From Paramecium tetraurelia (lineage: Eukaryota), in NCBI GenBank assembly GCA_000165425.1, contig CT868005.1:62001-126000 (forward strand): a DNA stretch of 64,000 bases, given 5' to 3'. Shown here one piece after another: positions 13,147 through 28,687 of this stretch (its first letter is position 1; each line of letters opens with the position of its first letter). The notes under the pieces are model-generated. The model saw only the letters and a list, made by a program, of their open reading frames with translations, was not told the DNA's origin and did not search any database. The translations under genes and the position numbers were made by a program.

Positions 13147-13978
13147 TCATTTCTTTTTTAACACAATTGCACTACAAAATCCGTTACATGCCTAAACCTT
13201 TATTTCTTCTAAATGCCCATAATATTTCTAAATAAAATCTAAAATGTTAAATATCAATTACCTGCTTATGATAGTTTCATTAAATTAGGCGGATTTTTTA
13301 CACTGAGATTATCACCATTGACATAGTATTATAAATTCCGTTATTACTGAGAATAAGTCTTTTGACTAGTCATCTAGGTCTACTGAAACTTCTAAGCTTC
13401 TGACATTTGATAAATTTCAGCTTTAAATCTATAATTGGGAAATAATGAATTTCTATCAAATCCTCTAATTATCTGAAATCTATTTTCATCTAATGCAATT
13501 TCCTTTTTCTCAAAATTAATTTCACATATTCTATTTTCTAGCGAATCTAGTTTATTGATATCTGTCTTGATTTAGAAATTATCATAAATAAGATAACAAA
13601 CTAGCAATTAATGAGACTTATTATAGGTTTCATCACAAAAAATGGCCACTGATTTTTGTTATTCTTTAAGTACATCCTAAAATAATAACAAAGAGAATTA
13701 ATTACATCTATCAATTTGACAGCTCCTTAATTTTCTAAAAAAGGGATCTTCTCGCATTTCTCAATTGTTGTTGGATTTAGATGTGGAATCTCTTCATAAA
13801 GTACCTCTTCATTATGTAAATTAATGATAGCAACTATATCCATTAATGCTAATTAATCAAGTTTCTATTTCTTTTGAGTTTGATTTTTAGGTCTTAAGAA
13901 ATCTCTAGTAGTGATATAAATGTTAGATTAAGGATGTTTTTAATCTATTTAAATACGGGTAAACTTATCCGAAGACAT
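13147..13978 (-). CDS. Dual-specificity phosphatase/PTEN-like fold protein, probably catalytically altered
   Basis: MSSDKFTRIQIDQKHPQSNIYITT...DIVAIINL...KSVAIFCDETYNKSHQLLVCYLIY aligns by eye to the DSP P-loop region VLVHCxxGxSRSxxxVxAYLM; 3' end uncertain (13147 or ~13254). Confidence 0.55.
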
Positions 13979-14181
13979 CAAATTGGAGTATAATCTTAAA
14001 ATAAATATAATCGAAATTATTTCTATCAATTTAAACATCAACACCCAGATATTTATAAATTAATTAAGACCAAGTATCCATGATAAGAGACTATAATTTA
14101 GTTATAGAGTGAAAAATATGTTGGTTCATGGCATCTTAATTTGAGAGTCAATTATGTATAATAATTATTTATTGTATGATA

Positions 14182-14866
14182 TCATTGATCATTTTGATTA
14201 TGCTCTAGTTTCTCTTTTTACGTTTTGCTAGAGTTTAATGATAAATATTTGGATTTGACAATATTTTTAAATTTCCTCTCCTCATACATCTTATTTCCTA
14301 TTCTTCCTCTTGCATTTATAAACCAAATTTAAATCTAGATAATTTAACAGTATACTTGTTTTTATGTTAGATTACACTTTTCAGCTAGTTACTCCACCTA
14401 TTCTTTACTGGGGTAGGGGTAGGAATAGTGTTTATTCAGCCAGTTTTTTAAAATTATGTTGGACTTCTTAGAAAACTTTTGACTTTTTTTCTCAATATTT
14501 TTGTCATTTGTTTTCATGGTTTGTCTTTGATAGGTGAGTTTAAGTTCATTTTACAAGATTTGGGACATATAATCAAAATACTGTTGTAATGATTTCATCG
14601 TATGAAATTCTAATTGAGAAGGATTTTCACTTAATGATTTAAGGTACATGAGAAGACCTTAAAAATGAAGTACATTGGTGTGGGTTTAACTTTAAGAATG
14701 AGCTTCGTCTGAATGAGATTGTAGTATATCGTCACTATGTTTTAATAATTCGATACTTAGGACAATGATGTTAAACCCATTTTGTTAATTGTGACTCTAA
14801 GTTGGAAACTTACTATAAGACAAATTGCTTTCTCAATTCTTAGTGAATCATCAACGATTGAGACAT
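14182..14866 (-). CDS. TALE-class homeobox protein
   Basis: KFSKKSNIILKNWLNKHYSYPYPSKEQVEQLAEKCNLTQKQ|IQIWFINARGR, with the PYP loop and WFIN helix 3. Confidence 0.9.
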
Positions 14867-15066
14867 TGAGATTTTGTGATTAAAAATCGAGAAATTATTA
14901 ATGAATATCGATTTAATAAAGGATCATATAAATACGTATAAAATAAATTCGATTGTAACCTAGAACTTCAAAGTTCTTCTCATAAATATCTAAAATACTG
15001 AAAATTATATTTAAATATATTATGTGTTGTAAAATTATTTATTATATTGTTAATTTGTGTCTCAAC

Positions 15067-15430
15067 TCAATCCCAACTACCAATGCATCTGTCTGTACCG
15101 AGTCTTACTGATTAACCCTTTGCACACTCATCCCATCCGTAGATCTTATTGGCACTACAAGCATTCGCATGACAGCAACCTTGAATTATAAAAACGATAA
15201 CGTACCCTTTCTCTTTCCACCGCAATTGACTCCTCCTTTGCTTGTACATAATTCCATACAAAATTCATAGTTGGCTTCACCTTTTGTGTAAGTTTCATGA
15301 GAGAGTCTTCTTAGGTTCTACACATTTAGATAATCAATACATAATATTATTCCAAAGGTGCATATTAATACATAACTGCTGCTAAGGTGGCTGCAAAAGC
15401 TAGAAAAACGAGTAATTTGATTTTTTACAT
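15067..15430 (-). CDS. Small secreted cysteine-rich prepropeptide (104 aa, 2 introns)
   Basis: MQKIKLLVFLAFAATLAAVMYQYAPLEQYY|NLRRLSHETYTKGEANYEFCMELCTSKGGVNCGGKRK|GCCHANACSANKIYGWDECAKGQSVRLGTDRCIGSWD*; removing the 23- and 26-nt introns gives an exact 105-codon frame. Confidence 0.8.
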
Positions 15431-15614
15431 TTTAATTAATAAATATATCTTGAAACAAATTTTGGTTGGAAAAAGCATTTACAATTGTTTATTTAATAGA
15501 TAAAAATTGATATACTCATTATAATGGTTGAAACAAGAGGTTTTTTCCATGTTTATTTAGAAACACTTTTGTGATTATTTATTTATAATTCACTTAATCG
15601 TTATATTATTTTGA

Positions 15615-17548
15615 ATGCTCAATTCTTCATTTAATTTTTTTGAGGAGAATGACATAGCCAAATTGAGAAAATATGTATCTTCATAATATTTAATAATAAG
15701 TTCATCTCAAAGGAGAATGAGTGGAAAAAGGATAAGGCAGTTCTGGAGTAAAAAACATAATTGCTTGAACTCTAATTGGATGACTACAAGTTGAGAGAAA
15801 CTAGCCAAAAGAAATTAAATGACACTATTACATAAGCCATCAGTGATTAAACAGCCAATTAGAAAGTATTTGTTTGTTTATATGGTTTAGAAATCAATTA
15901 CAGAATTATAAAAGAATATCGATAATTAACAGAAAGACCATAATAAGACCAAGTTTAAGGAGTAGATCAAATAGTTAGAACATTAAGTAATGGTCCTTTT
16001 AAATTTAAGGTTAGATCATTATCAGAATAGCTCTAAGAAAAGGAATCCTAAACAAAAGAATTAGAATTACAATACTAAAAACAATACTTACTTTATGATC
16101 ACAGAATTTCTTAACTTGAACAAGAAAAACTAGTTAACTGTTAGGAAATCTAAAGATTAAAAGAAAGTCTGGCCAAACTGGAAGACGTTTATAAATAGAA
16201 AGAATAATAATAAAAAATACTTTACGAGTAAGAACTATAAAAAGCAAAGGATCTAAGCATGTAAGATCATAAGTCAAAATAGCAGGAGTATGAATCCAAA
16301 TTCACGTAGTTATCCACTTAATATGAAAAGGAAAAGGAGTAACTCTAGTTAAGAATCAGCAAATGTTAGAATACAATTAAGAAATATCAGCAACATCTTG
16401 AACAGAATATTGATATTGTTAATTTGAAATAATAGTATGAGGATTAAATTAAATAATTGAATGATTAAAATGCTGAAAATTAAGCCTAATTCACTTATGA
16501 AAAGCAAATTCTATTGAAGTAAATTGAAGAAATGAAAAAGATGAACCGAGATTCAAATTAGATTGAAAGTATGAATTGTCATCATAGTACATCCAAAAAG
16601 CGAAGTATTGATGCTATTAAATTAAAGAGTTCTCTCTAATCATATGATAGTCCTGTTTAATGTAAAAGTTTTCATATTGCTTGTCCTGAAAGTAAAGTGC
16701 AAATTTACAATAATTACTTGAAAAACTCATCCACTTAATCCATTATTCTTGCTTAAAAACAATAAATCCAATCATAATTATTTCAAAACAATCAATCACT
16801 TGATAAATCTTCAAATATGAATGAAGGAATGCCTATTTCAATTGAGTAATTTAATCTGATGAAAGATAAAAAATAGAAGTCTTAATCAACCTTATCTATT
16901 CCAACCAGTAATAATTATAATCTAAATTCCTATTTATAAGAATAAAGCATATTTTAATAGAACCAAGAATCATTTTAATTGGATTCAAAAAATAACATAA
17001 AGGAAGACACATAAAAACCAAAAATTTTGAAATAATTGAATCCAAATATAGCCAACAGACAAATTTAATTTGATTACAATAGGTCTATAAAACATGAATT
17101 ATAAAAATAAAAAGAGTAAAATTGTTAAAGATCAATGTCTTAGGAAGGAGTCAAGTAATAAATATCAAATTTAAATAAAATGTTGGGTCAAACTGAAATC
17201 AGTTATTAATAAAGTACTTCTACTTAACAAAAAACTAACAATACTTCACTTAATAGTTTCAAAGTCCCTGCTTTTACTCAGAATTAATTGAATAGTTTAA
17301 AAAACAGTTCATAATACTTGTGTCCCTGTACAACATTAAGGATTAAAGAAAACATACAAAAGATTAGATATAATAATAATCATAGCACTCATGAAGAGAC
17401 TAAATAAAATAAGGAGAATTATTAACCTATGAAAAACCATTCAAAGAGTGACATTAAAGTTATAATTGGTAAATTGTTGTAAAATAAAGGAAAATAAAGT
17501 GAGCATCTTGAAAATACAGGGTACATCATTAAAAATAACAGGATTTGA
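15615..17548 (+). CDS. Coiled-coil hypothetical protein
   Basis: MLNSSFNFFEENDIAKLRKY|FISKENEWKKDKAVLEQKTQLLELQLDDYKLRE...; Gln/Glu/Lys-rich; TGA ends at 17548. Confidence 0.78.
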
Positions 17549-18607
17549 ATCAATTTTATCGTATATTGATAATATAATTATTTTTATAATACTAATCCAT
17601 TTTATTCTATAGTTAATTTCCTTCAAAACAAAACTTTTAATTAATAAATTCACTAAAGAAATATATAATTGAATAAAATATTATTGATTTTTTGTTAAGT
17701 AAGGTCATTGAAGGTTTAAGAAGATCGGAGATCAATACAGTATTATTAAGAGGAATAAACCAAAAGGTTTTATCATTTTTTAATATAACAATAAATTAAG
17801 GATATTTTTTTTTATAACAATTCCATTATAAAATGGTGAATAATCACTTTATTAAAAAATGTAAGGAATTTTACAATTAAACTATACTAATAATTTAACT
17901 TAAAAGCATATAACTTTGAACATACATGAAATTATAACTTGGATCTTTAGATTAATAAATAGATTTAAAATTTTTATTGATTTCGGTCTTATAACATTCT
18001 GTGTAATGTTTGCTTTAAATTAATCATACATTAGAGACATTAATTTTGATAATTTCTTTATTTCTCATTTTTTAGTTTATCAATTTATCTTAATTTAAAT
18101 GTTTGATGTTTTCGAATCTAAAAATTGCAGAATTAATTTAAATACTATGTTGAGTGAGTATTCAATAAAGAATATCAGCAAGAACGTTTTTTATAGAATT
18201 AATCAGCCTTTAAAGGAGAGTAATGGAAGAAATCTTAGCTGATTTCCTTAGGTAATTAATAATTATTCATAAAATGAACTTTTTTTGTTTCATAAGGATT
18301 CTAGGATTGAAGTAATCTCTGAAAAGATTGCCTATTTACACTTAGAAATTGATTTACTAGATCATTATTTGAAAAGATTAGGATAGTCAGTTTATAATTA
18401 AGGTTGTTTTGGATCAAGATATTGGGAGGATAATTAGTAAGAAGGAAGGAGGGGGAGTGTAATTTATAAATAAATTTGGATGGGGGTAGAATTAATAATA
18501 TTGAGGAAATTTTACAAAATTCTATAATACTAGTTAAAGAATTTTGTATTTGACCGATTATTAGGGATTTGAGTTTGAGTTATAGTAATTATATTAATCT
18601 AATTGTG

Positions 18608-21936
<3,329 letters not shown>

Positions 21937-22201
21937 AATTTATCTATATATATATACAAAGTTGACAATATTTATGTAAATTAAAGACTCAAGCTGACCT
22001 ATTCTAAGGGAAAATTGAGTTAAGTTATATAAGTTAAATTAAATTAAATAAAATAAAATTAAGTTATCTAAGAAAAAAAGTAATATTAATTAAATAATAA
22101 AAGCAACATGCTAATGTATATAGCATTTATCAAAATTGTATATATTTTATACTACTTTTTTTGTGCCAAATATTAAATAATTAAATTTATTATTAACAAT
22201 T

Positions 22202-24256
22202 ATGGCACCAAAGAAATAAGCATAAAAAAAACAAACTCAGACAAGTACAATCTCATCGTTATTCCTTAAGCTAAGAAATAACCAACTAAAATAGAGAAGG
22301 TTCAACCAGCACCAATAGTTCCAAATGCTGCATAGAATAAACCTAAGAACAATAAACCAGATTTCTATTTTGTGATTCCCCAAGATGAAGAAGAGCATTA
22401 CAGAAGAGAAGTGTACCAAAGGAGAGAAAATAGAAATAAGAGTTGCATAGATATCAATGAAATTAGACAGTACTATTATTATTAAAAGGAGGGATAATTT
22501 CGCGCCTCAAGAGATTCCTGCTATTAACAAGGTAACTTAAAAAATTGTGATCGAGCAAGAATGCACCAATGATAATACACAGTTATTTACTCTGAATCCA
22601 TCAGAATAATCAACCAGCTTTTCTAGATAATTAAATAAACCTAAAATAATATCCATAAAACCCAAAAAGCTATTAAGTACTGCTAAAACTCAAGACCAAT
22701 CAATGGACATGGAGGATGATTGGTATGAAGAACTTAACAAGGACATCAATCATACCAAACATTTCCTATTAGGAGTTCCAAAACCACAATCAGATCATAA
22801 AGAGAAATCCTTAACAACTGAAAGGAATTCTACCACTAAGAACATTAAGAAGATGGACCTTGATTTACAAATTGAACCTTCCTAAACAACTGCTAAGTTA
22901 ACAAAGGCTATGAAAACTAAATTAGATTCCATGAATGAGTGTTACAATTCCCTATTAGAAGCAACAGTCCCAGACGAGATTCTCTGTAGAGATTAAGAAA
23001 AAGACTTAATTACTAAGTTTATTGAAGATGGCATAAAGAACAACGGTCAATCTTAAGCATTATGTAAATGCATTCATATTAATTTTTAGACATCTCTGGA
23101 GTTCCAGGAATTGGTAAGACTGCAACTGTTATGGAAGTCTAAAAGAAGTTGTCAAGTAAAAAGGATAACTTTTAATTTATCTATGCAAATGCTATGAATT
23201 TTGGACTGCCAGACAATATTTATTCCTTTTTGTTGGAGAAACTTACAAATATAAAGGATGCTTCAAAGGTTCAAGCATGCATTTTGTTAAGTATTTCAAC
23301 CTCATTATTATTTTAGCTGAACTCTTCACTAAGGGTTGCTTACCTGCTACATACAAGGCTTATGAGAAATCGGTTGTTAAAAAGAATAGAGTAATTTTAT
23401 TAGATGAATGTGATAATCTATTCACTCCTGACTAATAAGTGCTTTATAATTTGGTTGATTGGCCATAGCAAAAACATGCAAAATTGACTATTATTATGAT
23501 TGCCAACACAATGGATTTCCCTGAGAGACTCAAACCCAAATTACAATCAAGACTGGGAAATCATAGGGTTGTATTCAGACCTTACACCAGTGCTCAAATC
23601 GAAACAATATTACAATAAAGAATGAAAGAGAAGAAAATTAAGGAATTATTTGCCTCGAACACTCTAAATTATCTAGGTAAAAAGATAGCCACTATATCTA
23701 CTGACATTAGAAAGACTTTGTGTGTTTGTAGAAAGGCAATTGAGATTGGCAAGGAGGAACTTGTCAAAACTGGGTAATTTAAATAAATTGAAGTTAATCA
23801 CGTTAAATTAGCCTATGATAAAATTTACAATAAGGCTTATCACTCATGCTTACATTCATTTAGTAGATCTCTGAAATTACTGATAATTACTATTGCCTTA
23901 GAAATTCACATCAAAGGATATAATGTAGCATATCTCCAACAAGTTCTTTCGAGATATAATCAATACTTAATATAAAATAAAGATGATCCAATTGGATATT
24001 AAGAGATGAAATAGATACTGCTGAAATTGAGTGAGTTGAATTTAGTAGAAATAAAAGAATAGAATGTTCTGTTAACCAAAACATCTTGGCAATAGAAAGT
24101 GAATGTAAATTATTGGTTTGATTTTAGGACTCCCTCTAAAAGGATAATCTTAGAAATATTAATGAAGTGATGATACATTTGAAAATAAATGTAGACGACA
24201 TAAAGAATGGACTATCAAATGACACCTTGTTTTTATAATTTTCTTAGTTTTTCTGA
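22202..24256 (+). CDS. ORC1: Origin recognition complex subunit 1 (ORC1/CDC6-family AAA+ ATPase)
   Basis: VPDEILCRDQE, LYISGVPGIGKTATV (Walker A), VILLDECDNL (Walker B), VLYNLVDWP, IANTMDFPERLKPKLQSRLG, VFRPYT. Confidence 0.9.
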
Positions 24257-24285
24257 TCTATTAATAATCATATTATTGATAATAA

Positions 24286-27200
24286 TCATTATTTTTAAGC
24301 ATTATTTTACTTCTCAATCTCCATATTGTGATCGTGAATCCATTTGTTGATTTCTACTATTTTGGCTTGCATTTCAGCATCACTTAAATTTTGTTCACTT
24401 TTTACACCGATGATCTAGGTGATTACTTCATCTAATGGCTTCTTGGCATGTTCTTGAGTAAAAGCTTTGGCCTTAATCTAATATTATTGTAGATTTTCCA
24501 AATATTCAGAAGCAATAGTTGTGTCTAATGGATCATCAGGTTCTGGAGTCATCAATAAGCCTATTTAATAATTAGAGAATAGAGATACCGAAAATAGCCT
24601 AGAATATTTAAAGTACTGTTGTGTCTAAGGTGTAATTTCGATCCAAGATGCTATGACATATTCTTCCTTGAGAGTTGATATTGCAATGATAGATTGGGGT
24701 AAGGAATCTCAGATTGGGAGGTTTGATTGGATAACTTTCATCAAATTGTAGATAAAGTATGTAGACCCCTCCTTCATAAGGTGTTGATTCTGGACCCAAC
24801 AGAATAATTTTCCAAAATGAGACATTCCCTTGACATGGGAATATTTTGATGTGTGGATGAGGATGTTATTCATAATTCAAAATCTCTTTTATCACTCTCT
24901 TTAATGAGTTATTGGATGCATACTAGAATAGCTTATTTTAATCTTAAACGATTTCCTAAACAAGTTGTTAAGGATGCATAGATTGTTGATTTAATTCATT
25001 TGGCAGATTGATGGCTATAGGGACTTTATCGAATTCAATTTATGAATCTTTCAATTTAAAAGTGTCTCTTAATTGTTTCAGGGTTATTTTATTTTACTTT
25101 TATCTAATTGAAGCAGACAAAATAGTTTCAAATTCAAATAGTTTCAATCCTTCTTGTATAGTTTAAGGAGAGAAACATTGTCCTCCAGTGGCCTTAGTTA
25201 TTTTCTTTAGATCTGTACAATCATCTGATACAACAAAGGAATCTAATAGAATTTCATTTTTCAGTATGGATTCAGCAACCTTTATTGGATCCAAAGGATG
25301 GTTATCATTATCTTATCCATCTGTCAAAGCAATAATTCTTAACAAACACTTTGGATATGTTTACTTGAATTTTAATAATTGATTTTCAGCATATTTCAAA
25401 GCCCTGTATAGATTAGTTCTACCAGTAGGTTGGGCCTTATTCACTAAATCTTTAAACAATATAAAGAGTTCTGTAAATGAGCATTTCTCAATGATTCTGT
25501 TATCAAAATAGACCAAAGAGATAACATGTTTCAAATCATAAGCCATAGTTCTATCAGCAAATGTACTGAAAAATGCTTTAACAACTCCCATTCTCGTCAG
25601 ATCTTCACTGTCATAATATAATTCATCCATAGAACCTGATATGTCAAGTAAAACTACAATTGCCTCATTAGGAGGATTAGTAATCTTTGGTTCCATCACC
25701 TTTTCCTTATTTTATTCAGAATCATCATCTTCATCATCTTAAGGCATAGAACCAATTTATTATAGAAGAGCCAACTTATCTGGGTTCATAGGTGTTGATT
25801 CACCAGTCATCACATTAAATATGAGTATTGGTTACTTGACATCCTTATTGCACCCTGAATAAATTAAAAATTCATCTGATTTTTTTGTTGTCAATAAAGG
25901 ATAGGTCTATAAATTTTTTAATTCAATTCCACTATACAGTTTTAAAGATTAATGACTAGATACTACTTTATTCTAAATCCAAGCATTTGTTATTTCGAAT
26001 TTATTATCATTAAAATCAATAAATGCTGATGGTAACCAAATCAACGTTTCCCTCTCTTACAACATAATTAAATCAAAATCCTCTAATAATTAATCTGGCT
26101 ATAATATTTTTAGTTGTGCATAAGGAATCTGTTTTTAATAAACCTCATTATTTTAAATTTTGATTTGCATTTGATCATAATCAACTAATAAACAAGTTCC
26201 AAAATCAATTTTATCTTCTTCCGTTACTTATGACAAATAAGCTGGATTATTAATTTTCTTTAATGTAATGTTACATATAGAATCAATGAATCTGTATCTT
26301 TCTTATAACTTAGCCTGGTCTTAATTTAATTTCAATGACCAATTCAATAATTATTCATAAAAGTATCTTGAATATTCAAATGTTTTGTTAATTTAGAATG
26401 TTTCAGGTACAGTCTGACTTGAAATGATTAGATCAAACATAACACGTTACATACCTACTTCAAATGCTATGCATTATAATTAAGAAGATCTCAGATTTTG
26501 AGAGAATAGTTTACATGCTAATACAAGGGGAGCATTGTTCATTGAAACCTTCCTTATCACTGCCATAATCTTTGGATCATCTTGCTTAGAAAAGAATACT
26601 AGTGAAACTGATCTAAATTATTGTAATCCGATCTGAGTTTATTCTCTTAGATGATTCATCCAAGGAAGATGAAAATTATAATTATAACTTTATTAAAATG
26701 GATAAGAATCCAAGGCCTTAAATGTTAGGATAATGTTGCTTAAATTTTGTATTCCGTAATCTTGTAATGTGCCTGTGTTATCCAACACTTTACCCACATA
26801 ATGTAATTATTAAAATGTAGTTGGAATATTGAGTTTATGATATATTTTCTATTTTAATTCTAATACAGTTGTTGTCAAAATATTCACTTTGATGGATTTA
26901 GACCCAGAATATTGAATAAAGATCTATTATTCTCCTACCTCTGAATCTATCTTAGGCAAAGAAGGTTATCCTACTTTGCATTTTGTAATTATGACAAATA
27001 TTTCTTTATTCTTTAAACAATTTAATGATTCCGAAACCTTTACATTTTGCATTTAATTTAAGGATGCACAAATTGGAAGCCCACTTAAACTATAGAAGCA
27101 GGCTACATGATCATTTTATAATTATAAACCATTGCACACCATTTCAGACACTTTTATTAAGGAGTCTTCTAAATTACATTTAAGTTTATAGGTCTTTGTG

Positions 27201-27883
27201 ATATCTTTAGATTAGATAAATCTTAAAAGCAATTCTAATTCTCCTATCTATTAAACATTCTCAATGCTTTAAGTATCTAAATAAAATTTCTGTTGTAATT
27301 CTTTTAATTAGTCATTATTTAATAATGTATCTGAAGTAGTAATTTAAACTTGTGGATTAGCAACAGGTTATGAAGCTTATAGTGGAATTGCTTTAGGTTT
27401 TTTTACCTAGTAGGCTAGATTCTTAAAGTTAAGTCCAGAGGTTGGATATGGATGTGCTAAGAATTATGAAAGTAATGATGTTTATGGTTATGGTTATTGT
27501 TATTGTTATTATTATTATTATGGTTATTATTATGGTTATGTTTATGGTTATTATTATGTAACAGTATTATTTAAGGAAGGAATGAATACTAAGTGGATTG
27601 TTTCATTATCTTTAATCAAATCTAGCACTAGATCATCATCATCTAAAATACTGTCCTAAGTGTCTTTTAATAAGTAATTTTTAGCCTCAAAATTCAAAGG
27701 TATGTTATCGAACTTGACTTTTACTAGCTAAAGGAATAATACAAGCACTTTTACTTTTTAAAGCTTGCTCAGACGGTCAACAGAAAATTATTTTAGTTCT
27801 CCGATAATTGTGTCTTTATCTGCTTAAAAGCAAATTTTAAATTATGTTTGGACATATTTAATCGACAAAGTCAGCTTGTTCAT
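24286..27883 (-). CDS. Multidomain ubiquitin-conjugating enzyme: ubiquitin-like domains + VWA + C-terminal E2 (UBC)
   Basis: UBL QIFIQYSGSKSIKVNILTTTVLELKQKIYHKLNIPTTFQQLHYVGKVLDNTGTLQDYGI; VWA IVVLLDISGSM...TGRTNLYRAL...IIALTDGQD; E2 GPESTPYEGGVY...YPIKPPNLRFLTPIYHCNINSQGRICHSIL with the catalytic Cys. Confidence 0.9.
27478..27560 (-). repeat. Coding poly-Gln/Gln-Pro tract encoded mostly by TAA
   Basis: (tta)n/tggtta repeats on + strand give QQQPQTQPQQQPQQQQQ... within the E2 fusion gene. Confidence 0.85.
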
Positions 27884-28687
27884 TGATTTAAATAATTGAT
27901 TGCTAAATTTATTATTTCTTTTAATTCTATTGGCATCAGTTTATAAATTATATTTTTATATACTTAGAATAAATTAATACGAGGGATTTTTAATTGTTAA
28001 TTTTAATTTAACAATCTTTTCATTAAATTTATAATTAACATTAACTAAATCAGAATTATAGTAAGAATTCATTTTTATTATAATATTTATATAATCAAAT
28101 ATGCCTTCGCTTTTGAATTATGATCATCAATCATTGAAGTGATTGAAATAAACCAGAACATTTATATTGCAATTGAATTAGATATATCCTACAAGAATTA
28201 ATTGTTACAGAATATTCCAACTAATCATAGGTGAATGTGAGTAGGCGAGAAATTTTCAAACATCAACAATTTCATTATTATTTAGGAATCTTAATTTTAA
28301 CTAAATGCTTAAAAAACAGGAAATATATATCTATTATAAAGTTTGAATAATTGTCAATTTTCAAATGAAGTATCATTGAATAAGTAATTACATTATAAAT
28401 AATAATAAAAATAATTAGCAGACTCACAAATTGATAAGACAATTTAAATAACAAAGATATAAAGAATTATTCAATGATTTGTCAATAAAGGTTACATAGT
28501 ACAGAAACTTCATAAATGAATATTACACCAAAATTCAATTTTGATAAAAGAAGTAGATAATATATTTGAGGTCTTCTTGATTCCTATAATAATACATTTC
28601 AAATAGTTATTTTTATTTAATTAGTGATTCTAGTGAATTCAATATGAATATCAAAAACTAACTAATTGCATTCATTAATATTTTTCC

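Noticed and set aside
27478..27560. tta/tggtta repeats as a telomeric or CRISPR-like array
   Set aside because: In-frame poly-Gln/Pro coding tract; not C4A2/C3A3 telomere repeats and no spacer structure.
27900..28680. Unassigned AT-rich region between the E2 fusion and the membrane protein gene
   Set aside because: Only short ORFs; no repeat, inverted terminal repeat or RNA structure recognised.
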